Source of the DNA: a virus
Length of the DNA: 64,000 nucleotides
Virus record (IMG/VR): IMGVR_UViG_3300012209_000005
Span: 51,416-115,415 of that record
Direction: 5' to 3' (one strand)
A program made the translations under genes and the position numbers. This document shows, piece after piece, positions 54,643 to 64,000 of the stretch. The notes below the pieces were generated by a model. It searched no databases and had not been told where the DNA came from. It saw only the letters and a list, made by a program, of their open reading frames with translations. How positions within the stretch are numbered: the stretch's first letter is position 1; the number at the start of each line of letters is the position of its first letter.

Positions 54643-55407
54643 ATGAGGCCGGCTGACGTCACACTGTCCATGCTCTCGCTGCGAGGCGCGCGCTTCGACC
54701 AGCCTGCGAGGTTCACGGTGCTGGAACGCGCCAAGGCCGCGCGCGCATCCGGGCTCACCTCCCTGGGCCTGGAATACTACGACCCCAGCATGACGCCGGC
54801 GGTCCTCGACTACGTGACCGTCCCCGAGCTGGAATGGGTGGACGTGGACCGGGAGGTGCCGGCCGCCACCGTCGAGCACCTGCTCACCGTCGCGGGCATG
54901 CTCGGGTCCACGCGCATCAACGCCGGCGTAGGCATCGGCACCAAGTCACCTGTTCCGCTGGAGGAGGTGACCGGGTACGTGTCCCTATTCGCCGCCGCGG
55001 TCGCGCCCCTGACAGTGGCGCTGGAGCCCATCGCGTTCGGCTGGCTGCCCCATGCCCGCGACGTGGCCAAGATCGTCACCGACGTGAATATGCCCAACCT
55101 GGGTTTCCTGCTGGATATGTGGCATATCTCGGCGGACGCGGAACCCTACGTGCTCGACGTGGCGTCAATCGCTGAGGTGCAGCTAGCCGGGATACCCGCT
55201 ACGTACGGCGCCGACATGTTCGCCGGTGCCATGGACCGGCCGCTGATCACCGATTCCAGCGTGGATATCGGCGCCTGGATGACTCACCTGGAAAGTGCAG
55301 GCTACGCGGGTCCCGTCTCCTATGAGGCGCCGCACGCCCGCAACGCGAGCATGAGACTCAGCATGATCGCGCGCAATGTCGCCGACGATATCGCCAGCAT
55401 CGCCTGA
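54643..55407 (+). CDS. xylose-isomerase/AP-endonuclease-2-like TIM barrel (sugar phosphate isomerase family)
   Basis: VALEP, LLDMWH, EVQL, GYAGPVSYE. Confidence 0.75.
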   Translation: MRPADVTLSMLSLRGARFDQPARFTVLERAKAARASGLTSLGLEYYDPSMTPAVLDYVTVPELEWVDVDREVPAATVEHLLTVAGMLGSTRINAGVGIGTKSPVPLEEVTGYVSLFAAAVAPLTVALEPIAFGWLPHARDVAKIVTDVNMPNLGFLLDMWHISADAEPYVLDVASIAEVQLAGIPATYGADMFAGAMDRPLITDSSVDIGAWMTHLESAGYAGPVSYEAPHARNASMRLSMIARNVADDIASIA

Positions 55408-55694
55408 GAGGGGCCATGACATGGACGAGGGAAGCACAGACGGCAAAGGATCGGAAACGATCACGATCACGCTCGACGAGCTCGACAAGCGCATCCAGCA
55501 CGACCTGCTCGTCCACGAAAGCCACCGTCACGCCGACGAGACGACGCGGGAGAAGGTGGAAGGGTACCTGTACCTGGCCTGCCTGGTGCTGTCCGCCGTC
55601 TTCCTGCTGATGGACACGCTCACCGACTGGATCCCGCTGATGGTGGGCATCCCCTCAGCCCGCGTTATCCTCACCCGGTTTCTGTGAGGCAGCC

Positions 55695-56285
55695 ATGATC
55701 CCGACTAAACCCTCGGCTTTCGAGCTGCAGGCGATGGCAGACCGCATCGTCACCGTGTACCGCTCCGCGGATGCCTCCCAGGTGGCACGGGGGGATGCCT
55801 GGTACCCTGTCGCGCACGACCTGGCCGAGCAGATCGGTCACGGGAACGTGCGCAAAGGCGCGGGCATCCTCGCTGTGCTATCCGCTAACAAGCGCTGGGA
55901 AATATCCGTCGACCTCGCATTCGACGCCGCCGCCGGGAATATCCGCGGCCATACCGGGCGGATGCTTGCCAAGGTGCGCGCCATCCTCGACGGGGCCGAC
56001 CCGGAGAGCATGCTTCCGATGGACCTGAAAACAGGCAACTTCTACCGGTGCATCCTTAACCCGGAGGACCCGGAGCCCGTCGTCATCGACAGGTGGGCGT
56101 ACCGCACGGCAACCGGGGACTACGCGCATAGCCCAGTGGGACCGAAGTCATTCGGCTTGTCCAATAAAAACCGCTATGCCTCGCTGGCCCAGGCATTCGG
56201 CCTGGCAGCCGATAACGTCAACGATATCCGCCAGCGCGTACAGGCACGGTGCTGGGTTATCGAGAAAGACAGGGAAGGATCATGA
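55695..56285 (+). CDS. hypothetical phage protein, possibly DNA-acting
   Basis: G.AWY..AH, AVLS...W, KT.NFY, VVIDRWA motifs. Confidence 0.55.
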   Translation: MIPTKPSAFELQAMADRIVTVYRSADASQVARGDAWYPVAHDLAEQIGHGNVRKGAGILAVLSANKRWEISVDLAFDAAAGNIRGHTGRMLAKVRAILDGADPESMLPMDLKTGNFYRCILNPEDPEPVVIDRWAYRTATGDYAHSPVGPKSFGLSNKNRYASLAQAFGLAADNVNDIRQRVQARCWVIEKDREGS

Positions 56286-56436
56286 GTAGCGAATACTACG
56301 AGTACACAGACGAGGGCACCGTGAACGGCGTGCGATTTGTCACGGTGCTAGATGACCACGATAACCCCGTCGCGTACCACATGCCGTTTGACGACGCATA
56401 TGCCGAGTATGGCGACGTCTCCTGGGAGTCATCATC

Positions 56437-56763
56437 ATGACAACGCGATTGAGCACACCCGGGTACAGGTTGCTCCGCGATGCGTACAACGCAACTTTCG
56501 ACGGCCACGACCCATGGGGCAGCAACATCGCATGGCTGTTCGCGGTCGCGGAGTTCCTCACTCACGAGGGCAACGGCGCCCCGGAGGGCTGGGACTTCCG
56601 CGACTCACCGCTTCACCAGGGATGGGCCCCGGAGGGCTACCCGGATGAGATACTGGCCGAACTGGCCGAGGACCGTTTGTTCACCGTCGCGGACGCGGAA
56701 CTATTCGGCGAGGTGCTCTCCCGGTATGACGCCATCCTCCGGTCCGCCGGCCGGGACTACTGA
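56437..56763 (+). CDS. hypothetical protein
   Basis: Coupled small early-type gene. Confidence 0.55.
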   Translation: MTTRLSTPGYRLLRDAYNATFDGHDPWGSNIAWLFAVAEFLTHEGNGAPEGWDFRDSPLHQGWAPEGYPDEILAELAEDRLFTVADAELFGEVLSRYDAILRSAGRDY

Positions 56764-57113
56764 GAAAGGGGGCACCATGAAACAGTGGTGCGATCTATGC
56801 GAGGACTATATGCCCGCGGACATGCGGCAGCACGCTCTCGCCCTATTCCCCGTGGACGGGAAAGCGATCACGTGCGGGAAGCGCACGGATATGCCGAGAA
56901 AGCAGCGCCGGCACGATTACATCCCGATGGGCGATGACTTCACGAATAAGGCGGAGGAGGGAATCGTGCAGGTGCCTGTCTGGGCGTGCGGCCGGTGCGG
57001 CAGGGACAAGCGGGAATAAGTAAGCATGTGCGCATGTTACACGATGCGCACGGCGGACCTCCCGGAAGAAAGACCAGCTCACGGCATGTGAGTTAAGTGA
57101 ACGGACACGAAAA

Positions 57114-57512
57114 ATGCTCCTCAGCGAACGCATCAAGCGCGACAAGATCACCATCGAGCACACCTACGACGACGCTCCCGCGCACATCGACTACGCATCG
57201 GCCCTGAATTCAGTGTGGTATAGCATCAAGCTGAAGATGGGCACCCGCCGCATGACCGTCCCTTTCGGGATGGGCCAGGGCCTGGAACGCTACCCGGACG
57301 CTCACGACGTCCTGTCGTGCCTGATCATGGACGCTTCGACCGTCGAGGGCATCGGGGGATACTACGAGTGGTGCCACGACCTGGGGTTCGACTCAGGCGA
57401 GTCGCGTAACCGCGAGATCTACGGCGCCGTGCTCGGCGAGACGCGCAAGCTTCGGAGGTTTCTCGGTGACAAGTACAACGCCTACCTTTACGACACGGAG
57501 GATGATGACTGA
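57114..57512 (+). CDS. hypothetical protein
   Basis: DVLSCL..DA....EWC.DLGFDS pattern. Confidence 0.6.
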   Translation: MLLSERIKRDKITIEHTYDDAPAHIDYASALNSVWYSIKLKMGTRRMTVPFGMGQGLERYPDAHDVLSCLIMDASTVEGIGGYYEWCHDLGFDSGESRNREIYGAVLGETRKLRRFLGDKYNAYLYDTEDDD

Positions 57513-58394
57513 TGATCGAGGCTGTCAGCAGGACATACAGGTGCCGATGCCAGCGGTGCGGCCGGAGATTCAAGATCGTATCCGCGGTCGGGATATCCAT
57601 TATCTGCGATGACTGCGCGGATATCCTCCTGGGGATTATCTGGGGGGGGACCGTGACCGGGAGGGACATGTTCGGATGCGTAACAGTCAGGAGGAACTGA
57701 CATGAAGATGACCGAGTACGGGCGCGACGGGAAAGAGGTCCGCGAGGTGACGCTCACCGTCGACGTGATGCGGAGCGCGACATTCCTACACCTGGACAAC
57801 AGGCAGTTCGACGTGTCCCGGGAGGACTGGGATATGTTCATCGCCGATGCAGTCGCCACCCGGGAGAAGCATCTATGAGCAAGTCGGTGACGATGATCAC
57901 CGCCGGCGGATACAAGGTCCAGACGGTGAGCACCGTCGACCGGGGGCAGTGGTTCCGGGTGACCGGGCCGCACGGATTCGAGGTGACGCTCAACCCGTAT
58001 GACCCCGCGCACAGTCCGCCCATCCGCACGATAGACCAGCTCACCGAAGTCCTCGCCCGGGAGGGGGAGGACCTCTCGACACTGAAAGAGGTGAACCATG
58101 TGTGACCACGAAGGACAGCAGTGCCCGGGGCGGTCGTGCCTATGCGAGTGCATGAACTGCCAGTTCCCGGAGGATGACCAGTGACTGCCAGGACGAGGAC
58201 ATACCCGGTCAATCCCACCTACGACTACACCTCCAAGCCCTGCCAGTACTGCTACGGAAAGCAGGCGAAGGGGAGTGAGCACGCAACCTGGGAAGACTGC
58301 CAGGCCGCGCTGCTCGCCGAGGACCTCCGCAGCCCGGCCCGCCGGTACCGCCCGCGGTCCAGCGGCCTCGCGGCAACAAGCTGGTCCAGGTAGG

Positions 58395-58429
58395 GGAACA
58401 TACCCCCGCGTAGGGTTGTTATACAGTGC
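58395..58429 (+). promoter_or_regulatory. repeated early promoter, copy 1
   Basis: GGAA-N7-CCGCGT-N3-GTTGTTATACAGTGC. Confidence 0.6.
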
Positions 58430-58785
58430 AGGTGAACGGAAAGGAACCGGAAGTGAACACGCAGAGAGCACGGGTAGCCAAGGACCGGGGCGGGCGCGCC
58501 CCGTCCGGACTGGACCGCTACCTGCCCGCTAACTATCACATAGCTGGCGAGGATGAGCGGTACGTGTACATCGAGGGCGCCGACAGCCACGGCTGGACGC
58601 TACTCGGCTATGTCATCCCGCGCCTTGCGTCAGGTCTTATCTGGGCGGAAGAGGTCGTGTCATGAAGGTAATGGTCGGCCCGCTCTGTCAGGTAGCCGAC
58701 TTCTATGCCAGGTACGCACTAGTACCCGGCAAGGCTACTTGCGACCACGGTAGCTGTCACCGCATAGAAAAGGAAAGGTCTTGTC

Positions 58786-59772
58786 ATGAAAGTCAGTGAA
58801 GTCAACGAGGTCGTCACCGCGAAAGTGCTGGAGGCGCTCGGCAACGGCGTGCTCCCGTGGTCCCAGCCCTGGCATTCGGGACTGCCCACCAGCCTGAGCA
58901 CGGGCAAGCCCTACCGGGGCATCAACACCATGCTCCTGGGCCTGACCGCGATGGCGAAAGGCTACTCCTCGCCCTACTGGGGCACGTTCGGGCAGATCGC
59001 CAAGCTGTCCGGGTTCACCGAGACACCGCGCGCCAGCGGCAAGGGCGCCTGGTGGGCGCCGCCGCTGGATGACCCGGAGCGCCGTATCCTGCTCCCCGAG
59101 CAGAACGGGACGAAGGTCTACCTGTGGAAGCTATCCAAGCGCGCCGACCCCGACTCGCCGCACGACCGGGATAAGGATCACGTCTACCTGTTCGCCCGCG
59201 TCTACACGGTGTTCAACTACGACCAGTGCGCGTCCCTCCCGGACAAGTACGCCGGCGGGCTGACTGGCGCTCACGCGGAGGCCATCCCCGAAGCGCAGGC
59301 CGTCTTCGACGCCTATATCGCGGAACGCGGTCCCGAGCTGCGGTTCGGGTCGATGGCTTACTACGAGCACAGCAAGACGGCGGGAGTGGACCGGATCACC
59401 ATCCCCCCGCTGGAAGCCTACCCGGGCAAGCTGACGGGCGAGTACGAGTCGACGAACTTCCACGAGGCCGCGCACTCGACCGGGCACTCCAAGCGGCTGA
59501 ACCGCCCCGGGTTCGATGAGTACACCTCACGTAGCCCGGACACGTACGCCCGTGAGGAACTCATCGCGGAGATGACCTCGGCGATGCTCTGCGCGTACCT
59601 GGGCATCGACGCCCCGTTCGATAACAGCGCCGCCTACCTGGCCGGGTGGGCACGCAAGATCGCCAGCGAGGATGAGAAGAACCTGATCACGACCGCGGCC
59701 AGGCAGGCGCAGAAAGCGTTCGACTACATCCTGGGGACCACCTACGACAACGATGGAGACGATGACAAGTGA
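58786..59772 (+). CDS. ardC: ArdC-like antirestriction protein (ssDNA-binding + zincin domain)
   Basis: PWSQPW, TGKPYRGIN, WGTF.Q, VFN..Q, HEAAHSTGH, YAREELIAE, SAAYL..W. Confidence 0.9.
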   Translation: MKVSEVNEVVTAKVLEALGNGVLPWSQPWHSGLPTSLSTGKPYRGINTMLLGLTAMAKGYSSPYWGTFGQIAKLSGFTETPRASGKGAWWAPPLDDPERRILLPEQNGTKVYLWKLSKRADPDSPHDRDKDHVYLFARVYTVFNYDQCASLPDKYAGGLTGAHAEAIPEAQAVFDAYIAERGPELRFGSMAYYEHSKTAGVDRITIPPLEAYPGKLTGEYESTNFHEAAHSTGHSKRLNRPGFDEYTSRSPDTYAREELIAEMTSAMLCAYLGIDAPFDNSAAYLAGWARKIASEDEKNLITTAARQAQKAFDYILGTTYDNDGDDDK

Positions 59773-60083
59773 ACATGTGGCGGGACGCGACGCTCGACGA
59801 GATGCGGCAGTGGCCGACGCTGGCCATGCTGCAAAAGCACTTCGCGGACGCGCGTGTCGTGCGCGACCACGGCGTGTACATGAAATACCAGGTGCTAACC
59901 GCATCCCGGGAACGGACCGAGGTCCCGGACACGGTGACGATCCGCCGCACCCCTTACGGCTGGTCGTCGTACGAGCATGATAACCAGCTCATCACATCGG
60001 CGGACGACATCGCCAAGCTGGTGAAGTACATCCTCACCCTGCAGCCCGGCCAGATCGTCATCGAGAACGGAGAAGACGCATGA
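59769..60083 (+). CDS. hypothetical protein
   Basis: Coupled to ardC and next gene. Confidence 0.55.
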   Translation: MNMWRDATLDEMRQWPTLAMLQKHFADARVVRDHGVYMKYQVLTASRERTEVPDTVTIRRTPYGWSSYEHDNQLITSADDIAKLVKYILTLQPGQIVIENGEDA

Positions 60084-60913
60084 GCGGCTACGAGATCAGC
60101 AAGACCACGGTGAACGGTTTCACCGTGACCATCGGGTACGAGCTGGACGCACAATCCCCGCATGACGACTGCGCCCGCGGTGCCGACATGGTGCTCAGCC
60201 TGGAAGGCTACGACCTGCCCGACGACGCGGGCGTGGACACCAGCTCCGAGGGCATGAACCTGCAGGAGCTGACCGAGTACCTGTACCTGCCTTTCGCCGT
60301 CATCGATGAAGACGACGGCGGCGTGCTCAGGCGTTTCGCGACCGAGCAGCAGGCGGCGGAGTTCATCGGCACCAAGCCGCTCCCGGAGAACAAGGACGGC
60401 TACGGGATCGACAGTGACGGCCACCAGCCGGCGCTGCTGGTGCTCCCCGTCTACGGGTACATCCACTCGGTCGTCGCCCTGCGCGCGGGGGATCGTCCCG
60501 GGCAGTTCGCGGACCCGTGGGATTCCGGGGTCGCCGGCGTGGCCTACGTCACCCCGAAGATCTGGGAGTATCTCTCGGCAACCCCGTGGACGGGCAGCGA
60601 GGAGGACATCGCCCGCGCCACCCAGGCGATCGCCTCGCACGTGTCCGACTACGGGCACTACCTGAACGGCGACGTGTACTGCTACCTGGTCGAGGACTGG
60701 GACGGCGAGTACATCGACTCGCGCGGCGGGTTCTACGACTTCGACGAGTGCGAGCAGGCGGCGGCCGAGGCAGCGAACGACAGCGAGCACGAGCGCAAGT
60801 GCACGGGCACGCTTGAGCGCACCTCGGGCACGATCGCGCACGAGGGCGACTGCCCGGTCCACGGCCCGGGGGACGGGAACAGCCCGCGGACCGGGTTCGC
60901 CTACACGGAATAA
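60080..60913 (+). CDS. acidic hypothetical protein
   Basis: LPVY.Y.HS...L, WDSGVAG..YVT, Y..YLNGDVY, DS.GGFY motifs. Confidence 0.65.
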   Translation: MSGYEISKTTVNGFTVTIGYELDAQSPHDDCARGADMVLSLEGYDLPDDAGVDTSSEGMNLQELTEYLYLPFAVIDEDDGGVLRRFATEQQAAEFIGTKPLPENKDGYGIDSDGHQPALLVLPVYGYIHSVVALRAGDRPGQFADPWDSGVAGVAYVTPKIWEYLSATPWTGSEEDIARATQAIASHVSDYGHYLNGDVYCYLVEDWDGEYIDSRGGFYDFDECEQAAAEAANDSEHERKCTGTLERTSGTIAHEGDCPVHGPGDGNSPRTGFAYTE

Positions 60914-60940
60914 TATCCGCGTGCAGTTGTTATACTGTGC
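60907..60940 (+). promoter_or_regulatory. repeated early promoter, copy 2
   Basis: GGAA-N6-CCGCGT-N3-GTTGTTATACTGTGC. Confidence 0.6.
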
Positions 60941-60964
60941 GAGGGATCTGAAAGGGAAACGAAA

Positions 60965-62359
60965 GTGGCACACAGTACAGACAGCATCATCCGCCGGTGG
61001 GCGGCAGAAGCCGGGAAGGACGACCCCCGGTTCCTGAACGACAACCACACGCATATCGCCCAGGACCGGACCACGCTCTACAGCTACGGCACGCACTTCC
61101 CGCTATCCGTCCTGATGACCGGGGACAGCGGCACGCGCGACGAGGACTCCTGGTTCCTGGTCAACGGGGACACCTACTCGCATACCACCAGCCAGCACCA
61201 GGCGGACACCCGGGGCGCCATCCGCGCGACCGGGCTGCCGTCGATGATCGTGCCTTTCTCCGCGATGCGCTCCGCGGGCATCGTCATGTCCTCGGTGAAG
61301 CGCGTCCACGTCGCCGCGGATACCCGCGAGACGGTGTACCACGAGACCGGTGACTGGGGCAAGCTGCCCCGGCACATGAGGTACGTGACTCAGACGAGCA
61401 CCGAGGTCAGGTACCGGACGGAGCCCTGCAAGAACGGCCCCCGGGGATCGCTGGAGCCCTATTATTTCGAGGGCGGACAGCTTCTGCGGAGGAACATCGG
61501 CGAGGATGACTGCCCGGGGACCGATCACTTCACCCCGTACACCGCGTACGACTACGACCAGGTGCGCCGCTCACCTGACGAGGACGGCATCTACCGCTGG
61601 AAAACGACCGTGCACCACCTGGGCGCGTCGGTGTTCACCGCCACCTACCAGGCCGGGACCAGGCCCGAGCGCCACTGGCGGACGGGCCACGACCGCGAGG
61701 CGATGTATAAGCGCTTCGAGGACACGGGCAGCTACGACTGGGAGAACCCCGTCACGAGGCGCTACTACTACACGGAGAACACCCCCGTGTACGCGGAGGC
61801 TTACTTCCTGTCCGCGTTCGACGAGCAGGAGTCGCCGCCGCTGTACTTCCTGGCACAGCTCCCCGACGGCATCAGCGAGCCGCGCTCTGTCGGCGAGGCC
61901 TTCGAGGCGCTGAAGCCCGAGATGGTCAGGCGCGCCGAGGCCGACGGCAAGGCCATCACCCGGCAGGGCGACGTGTTCGCCGTGGAGGTGGGCATGAGCA
62001 CCCGCGAGCTGAGCGCGTTGGGCGCGACCGCGGTCATCACCCCGCCGGAAGAGGTGAGCACGGCGGACCCGGAGCGCTACCGGCGCTGGCGCAAGCAGCA
62101 CAACCTGGGCGGCACCGAGAGCTGGGTGCTCGGGGTCAACCACACCGCCAGCGAGACGATGACCGCCGGTGACGGGCACTTCACCTACGCCCGGGGCACG
62201 CTGAGGCACCGCCGGGTAGTCCACGGCGTGATCACCCGCGGCGAGCACCGCCGGCAGCGGATGGGCGACGGGAAAACCTGGCACCTGCTGGTGAAAAACA
62301 CCGTCCCCTACGTGCACGGGCAGTCCCGGGCGTGGACCGTAGGAGGGGGGGTTGACTGA
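60965..62359 (+). CDS. hypothetical protein
   Basis: 464-aa ORF, YSYGTHFPL..YSHTTSQHQ and RQGDVF motifs. Confidence 0.7.
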   Translation: MAHSTDSIIRRWAAEAGKDDPRFLNDNHTHIAQDRTTLYSYGTHFPLSVLMTGDSGTRDEDSWFLVNGDTYSHTTSQHQADTRGAIRATGLPSMIVPFSAMRSAGIVMSSVKRVHVAADTRETVYHETGDWGKLPRHMRYVTQTSTEVRYRTEPCKNGPRGSLEPYYFEGGQLLRRNIGEDDCPGTDHFTPYTAYDYDQVRRSPDEDGIYRWKTTVHHLGASVFTATYQAGTRPERHWRTGHDREAMYKRFEDTGSYDWENPVTRRYYYTENTPVYAEAYFLSAFDEQESPPLYFLAQLPDGISEPRSVGEAFEALKPEMVRRAEADGKAITRQGDVFAVEVGMSTRELSALGATAVITPPEEVSTADPERYRRWRKQHNLGGTESWVLGVNHTASETMTAGDGHFTYARGTLRHRRVVHGVITRGEHRRQRMGDGKTWHLLVKNTVPYVHGQSRAWTVGGGVD

Positions 62360-63001
62360 CGAATCCCTGGGGAACAGTGGAAAACCCGGAAATACCCGTT
62401 GGAGGGGAAAAAGTGAACAAGCAAGTACGCGACGCGACGGTCAGGAACCAGCGACATCACCGGGGCGAGTCGGCCATGACGCCGCACCAGGCGATCCGCA
62501 TCACGGAGCGCGCAGTATCGGGCGACACCGAGGGACTGAAAGCCGCGCAGATCAGCGAGGCTATCGAGCGACTCTGGCAGATGGTCCTGACCGGGAAGTG
62601 AGGAGACTGGATTATGAGGCACAGTGAGCGCTGGTATCACGACCTGGCGGCGAACCTCGGGCACCGCGGGTTCGTGACGCTAGCCGAGATCAGGAAAGCT
62701 GAGACCCGTGGATGAGAGCGAGGTCCTCGACACCATGTGGACCGCGCTGGACTGCGCCGCGGACGGGATGGTGACCAGCCTGCTGCCGGCCGGGGCGCTG
62801 GGCGAGCTGGAGGAGAAGGTGCTTGAGCACATCCGCGAGGCTCAGCGCCTCGTCGAGAACTTCGGGAAGGATCACGCGATATGACAACCACCTGCAGCGC
62901 GTGCGGGCAGCCGTGCGCCGACGAGGACCAGTACAGCGACTGCTGCAACGAGCCGGTGGTCATCTCGATGCCGGTCACGGAATGAGGGAACGAGGGAAAC
63001 G

Positions 63002-63352
63002 ATGAACGTACACCGTCACGAGAGCGAGGCCCGACGCCTCATCGAGGACATGAGCAGCCTGGATAACAGCGGAATAGACCGGCAAGCCTACGAGCCGCCG
63101 AACTGCTGGAGCACCAGACCGCACGACCAGCATTTCCACTCACCCATCGGCGGGCTGACCCTCAACTGCCCAGGCGTTGCAGAGAACCACCCGGGAGACG
63201 CCAGCATCAGCCGCGCCGAGGTGCTGCGCATCCTGACCGAGGCCCGCGCTCGCTGGGCACCCGGGTCACCCGGCACCGCGAAACGGCACGCTGAGGTCGC
63301 GGCCATCGTGATCAGCGAGATCGAGCGCGACCTGGCCGGGGGGGAACGGTGA
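63002..63352 (+). CDS. hypothetical protein
   Basis: RBS, coupled gene run. Confidence 0.5.
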   Translation: MNVHRHESEARRLIEDMSSLDNSGIDRQAYEPPNCWSTRPHDQHFHSPIGGLTLNCPGVAENHPGDASISRAEVLRILTEARARWAPGSPGTAKRHAEVAAIVISEIERDLAGGER

Positions 63353-63681
63353 AGCTGACAGGGCAGGCAACCTACCCGGACACCGAGGCCGGCTACCGCG
63401 ACGCGGAGGATCACGCCAACGCGTGGGCCGGGGACAACGACGGCTACGCGGTGGTCATCGCGAACACGGAGAACAACCTGATCCACGTCATGGACCACGG
63501 CGACGCAGAGGGCTTCCTCGCCGAATGGGAGGGCATGATCATCTACCACGCCGACCACCGCGGCTGGTGCCGCACCTGCGAGAATCTCATCACGGGCCAG
63601 CGCATCCGCTCCCGTGATCACGACTACTGCAGTTTCACCTGCCTGGCTGGTGCGGGAGGGAGCGAATATGACATCCGCTGA
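63349..63681 (+). CDS. hypothetical protein with C-terminal Cys motif
   Basis: CRTC...YCSFTC. Confidence 0.5.
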   Translation: MKLTGQATYPDTEAGYRDAEDHANAWAGDNDGYAVVIANTENNLIHVMDHGDAEGFLAEWEGMIIYHADHRGWCRTCENLITGQRIRSRDHDYCSFTCLAGAGGSEYDIR

Positions 63682-64000
63682 ACTACTGGAACTTGCGGCC
63701 GAAGCGCTGGATGACGGGCGCGACCCGCTGACCAACCCGTTCCTGTCTGACAACGGCGTAACCCTGGACCAGTGCTTCAGCATGGCCCGGCAGCTAGCCA
63801 TCGGCGCCCGCATCATGGCTGCCGGGATCAGGAAGCCCAAGAGCACGCAGGGCATGGCCATGCTCCTGACGATGGCCGCCGGCGAGCAGGCGTTTCCCAG
63901 CGAGGACCAGGAGTCATCGTGAACCCGTATGTCCACGATGACGAGTGCACCGGGCTGGCCGCGCAGACGGCGTTCGGCGTGATAGCCATCCCGTACTGCA

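Overview
The window is a 64-kb segment of a high-GC tailed phage, probably an actinobacterial siphovirus. About 1-40.5 kb is mostly a minus-strand late/structural arm. It carries tape measure (running off the window), frameshifting tail assembly chaperone, major tail, head-tail proteins, a glycosyltransferase/epimerase/methyltransferase cluster, major capsid, protease-scaffold, a portal-MuF-Nudix-ParB-like fusion, terminase, a LysM transglycosylase, a papain-like amidase and a Ro60/TROVE protein. About 40.8-47.4 kb is a short accessory block (ParB-like, SLOG, phosphoesterase). About 47.4-49.1 kb is non-coding and compositionally odd, possibly the genome end or origin. About 51.6-64 kb is a plus-strand run of small early-type genes including ardC. 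The most striking unexplained structure is 49.1-51.5 kb: back-to-back modules, each closed by a long imperfect inverted repeat with G-U pairs and compensatory changes, enclosing either tiny ORFs or multibranch non-coding RNA domains. A second unexplained signal is the dispersed palindrome AGCGNAGCTNCGCT (7 perfect copies, most inside genes). All calls come from reading motifs by eye; no database searches were run.
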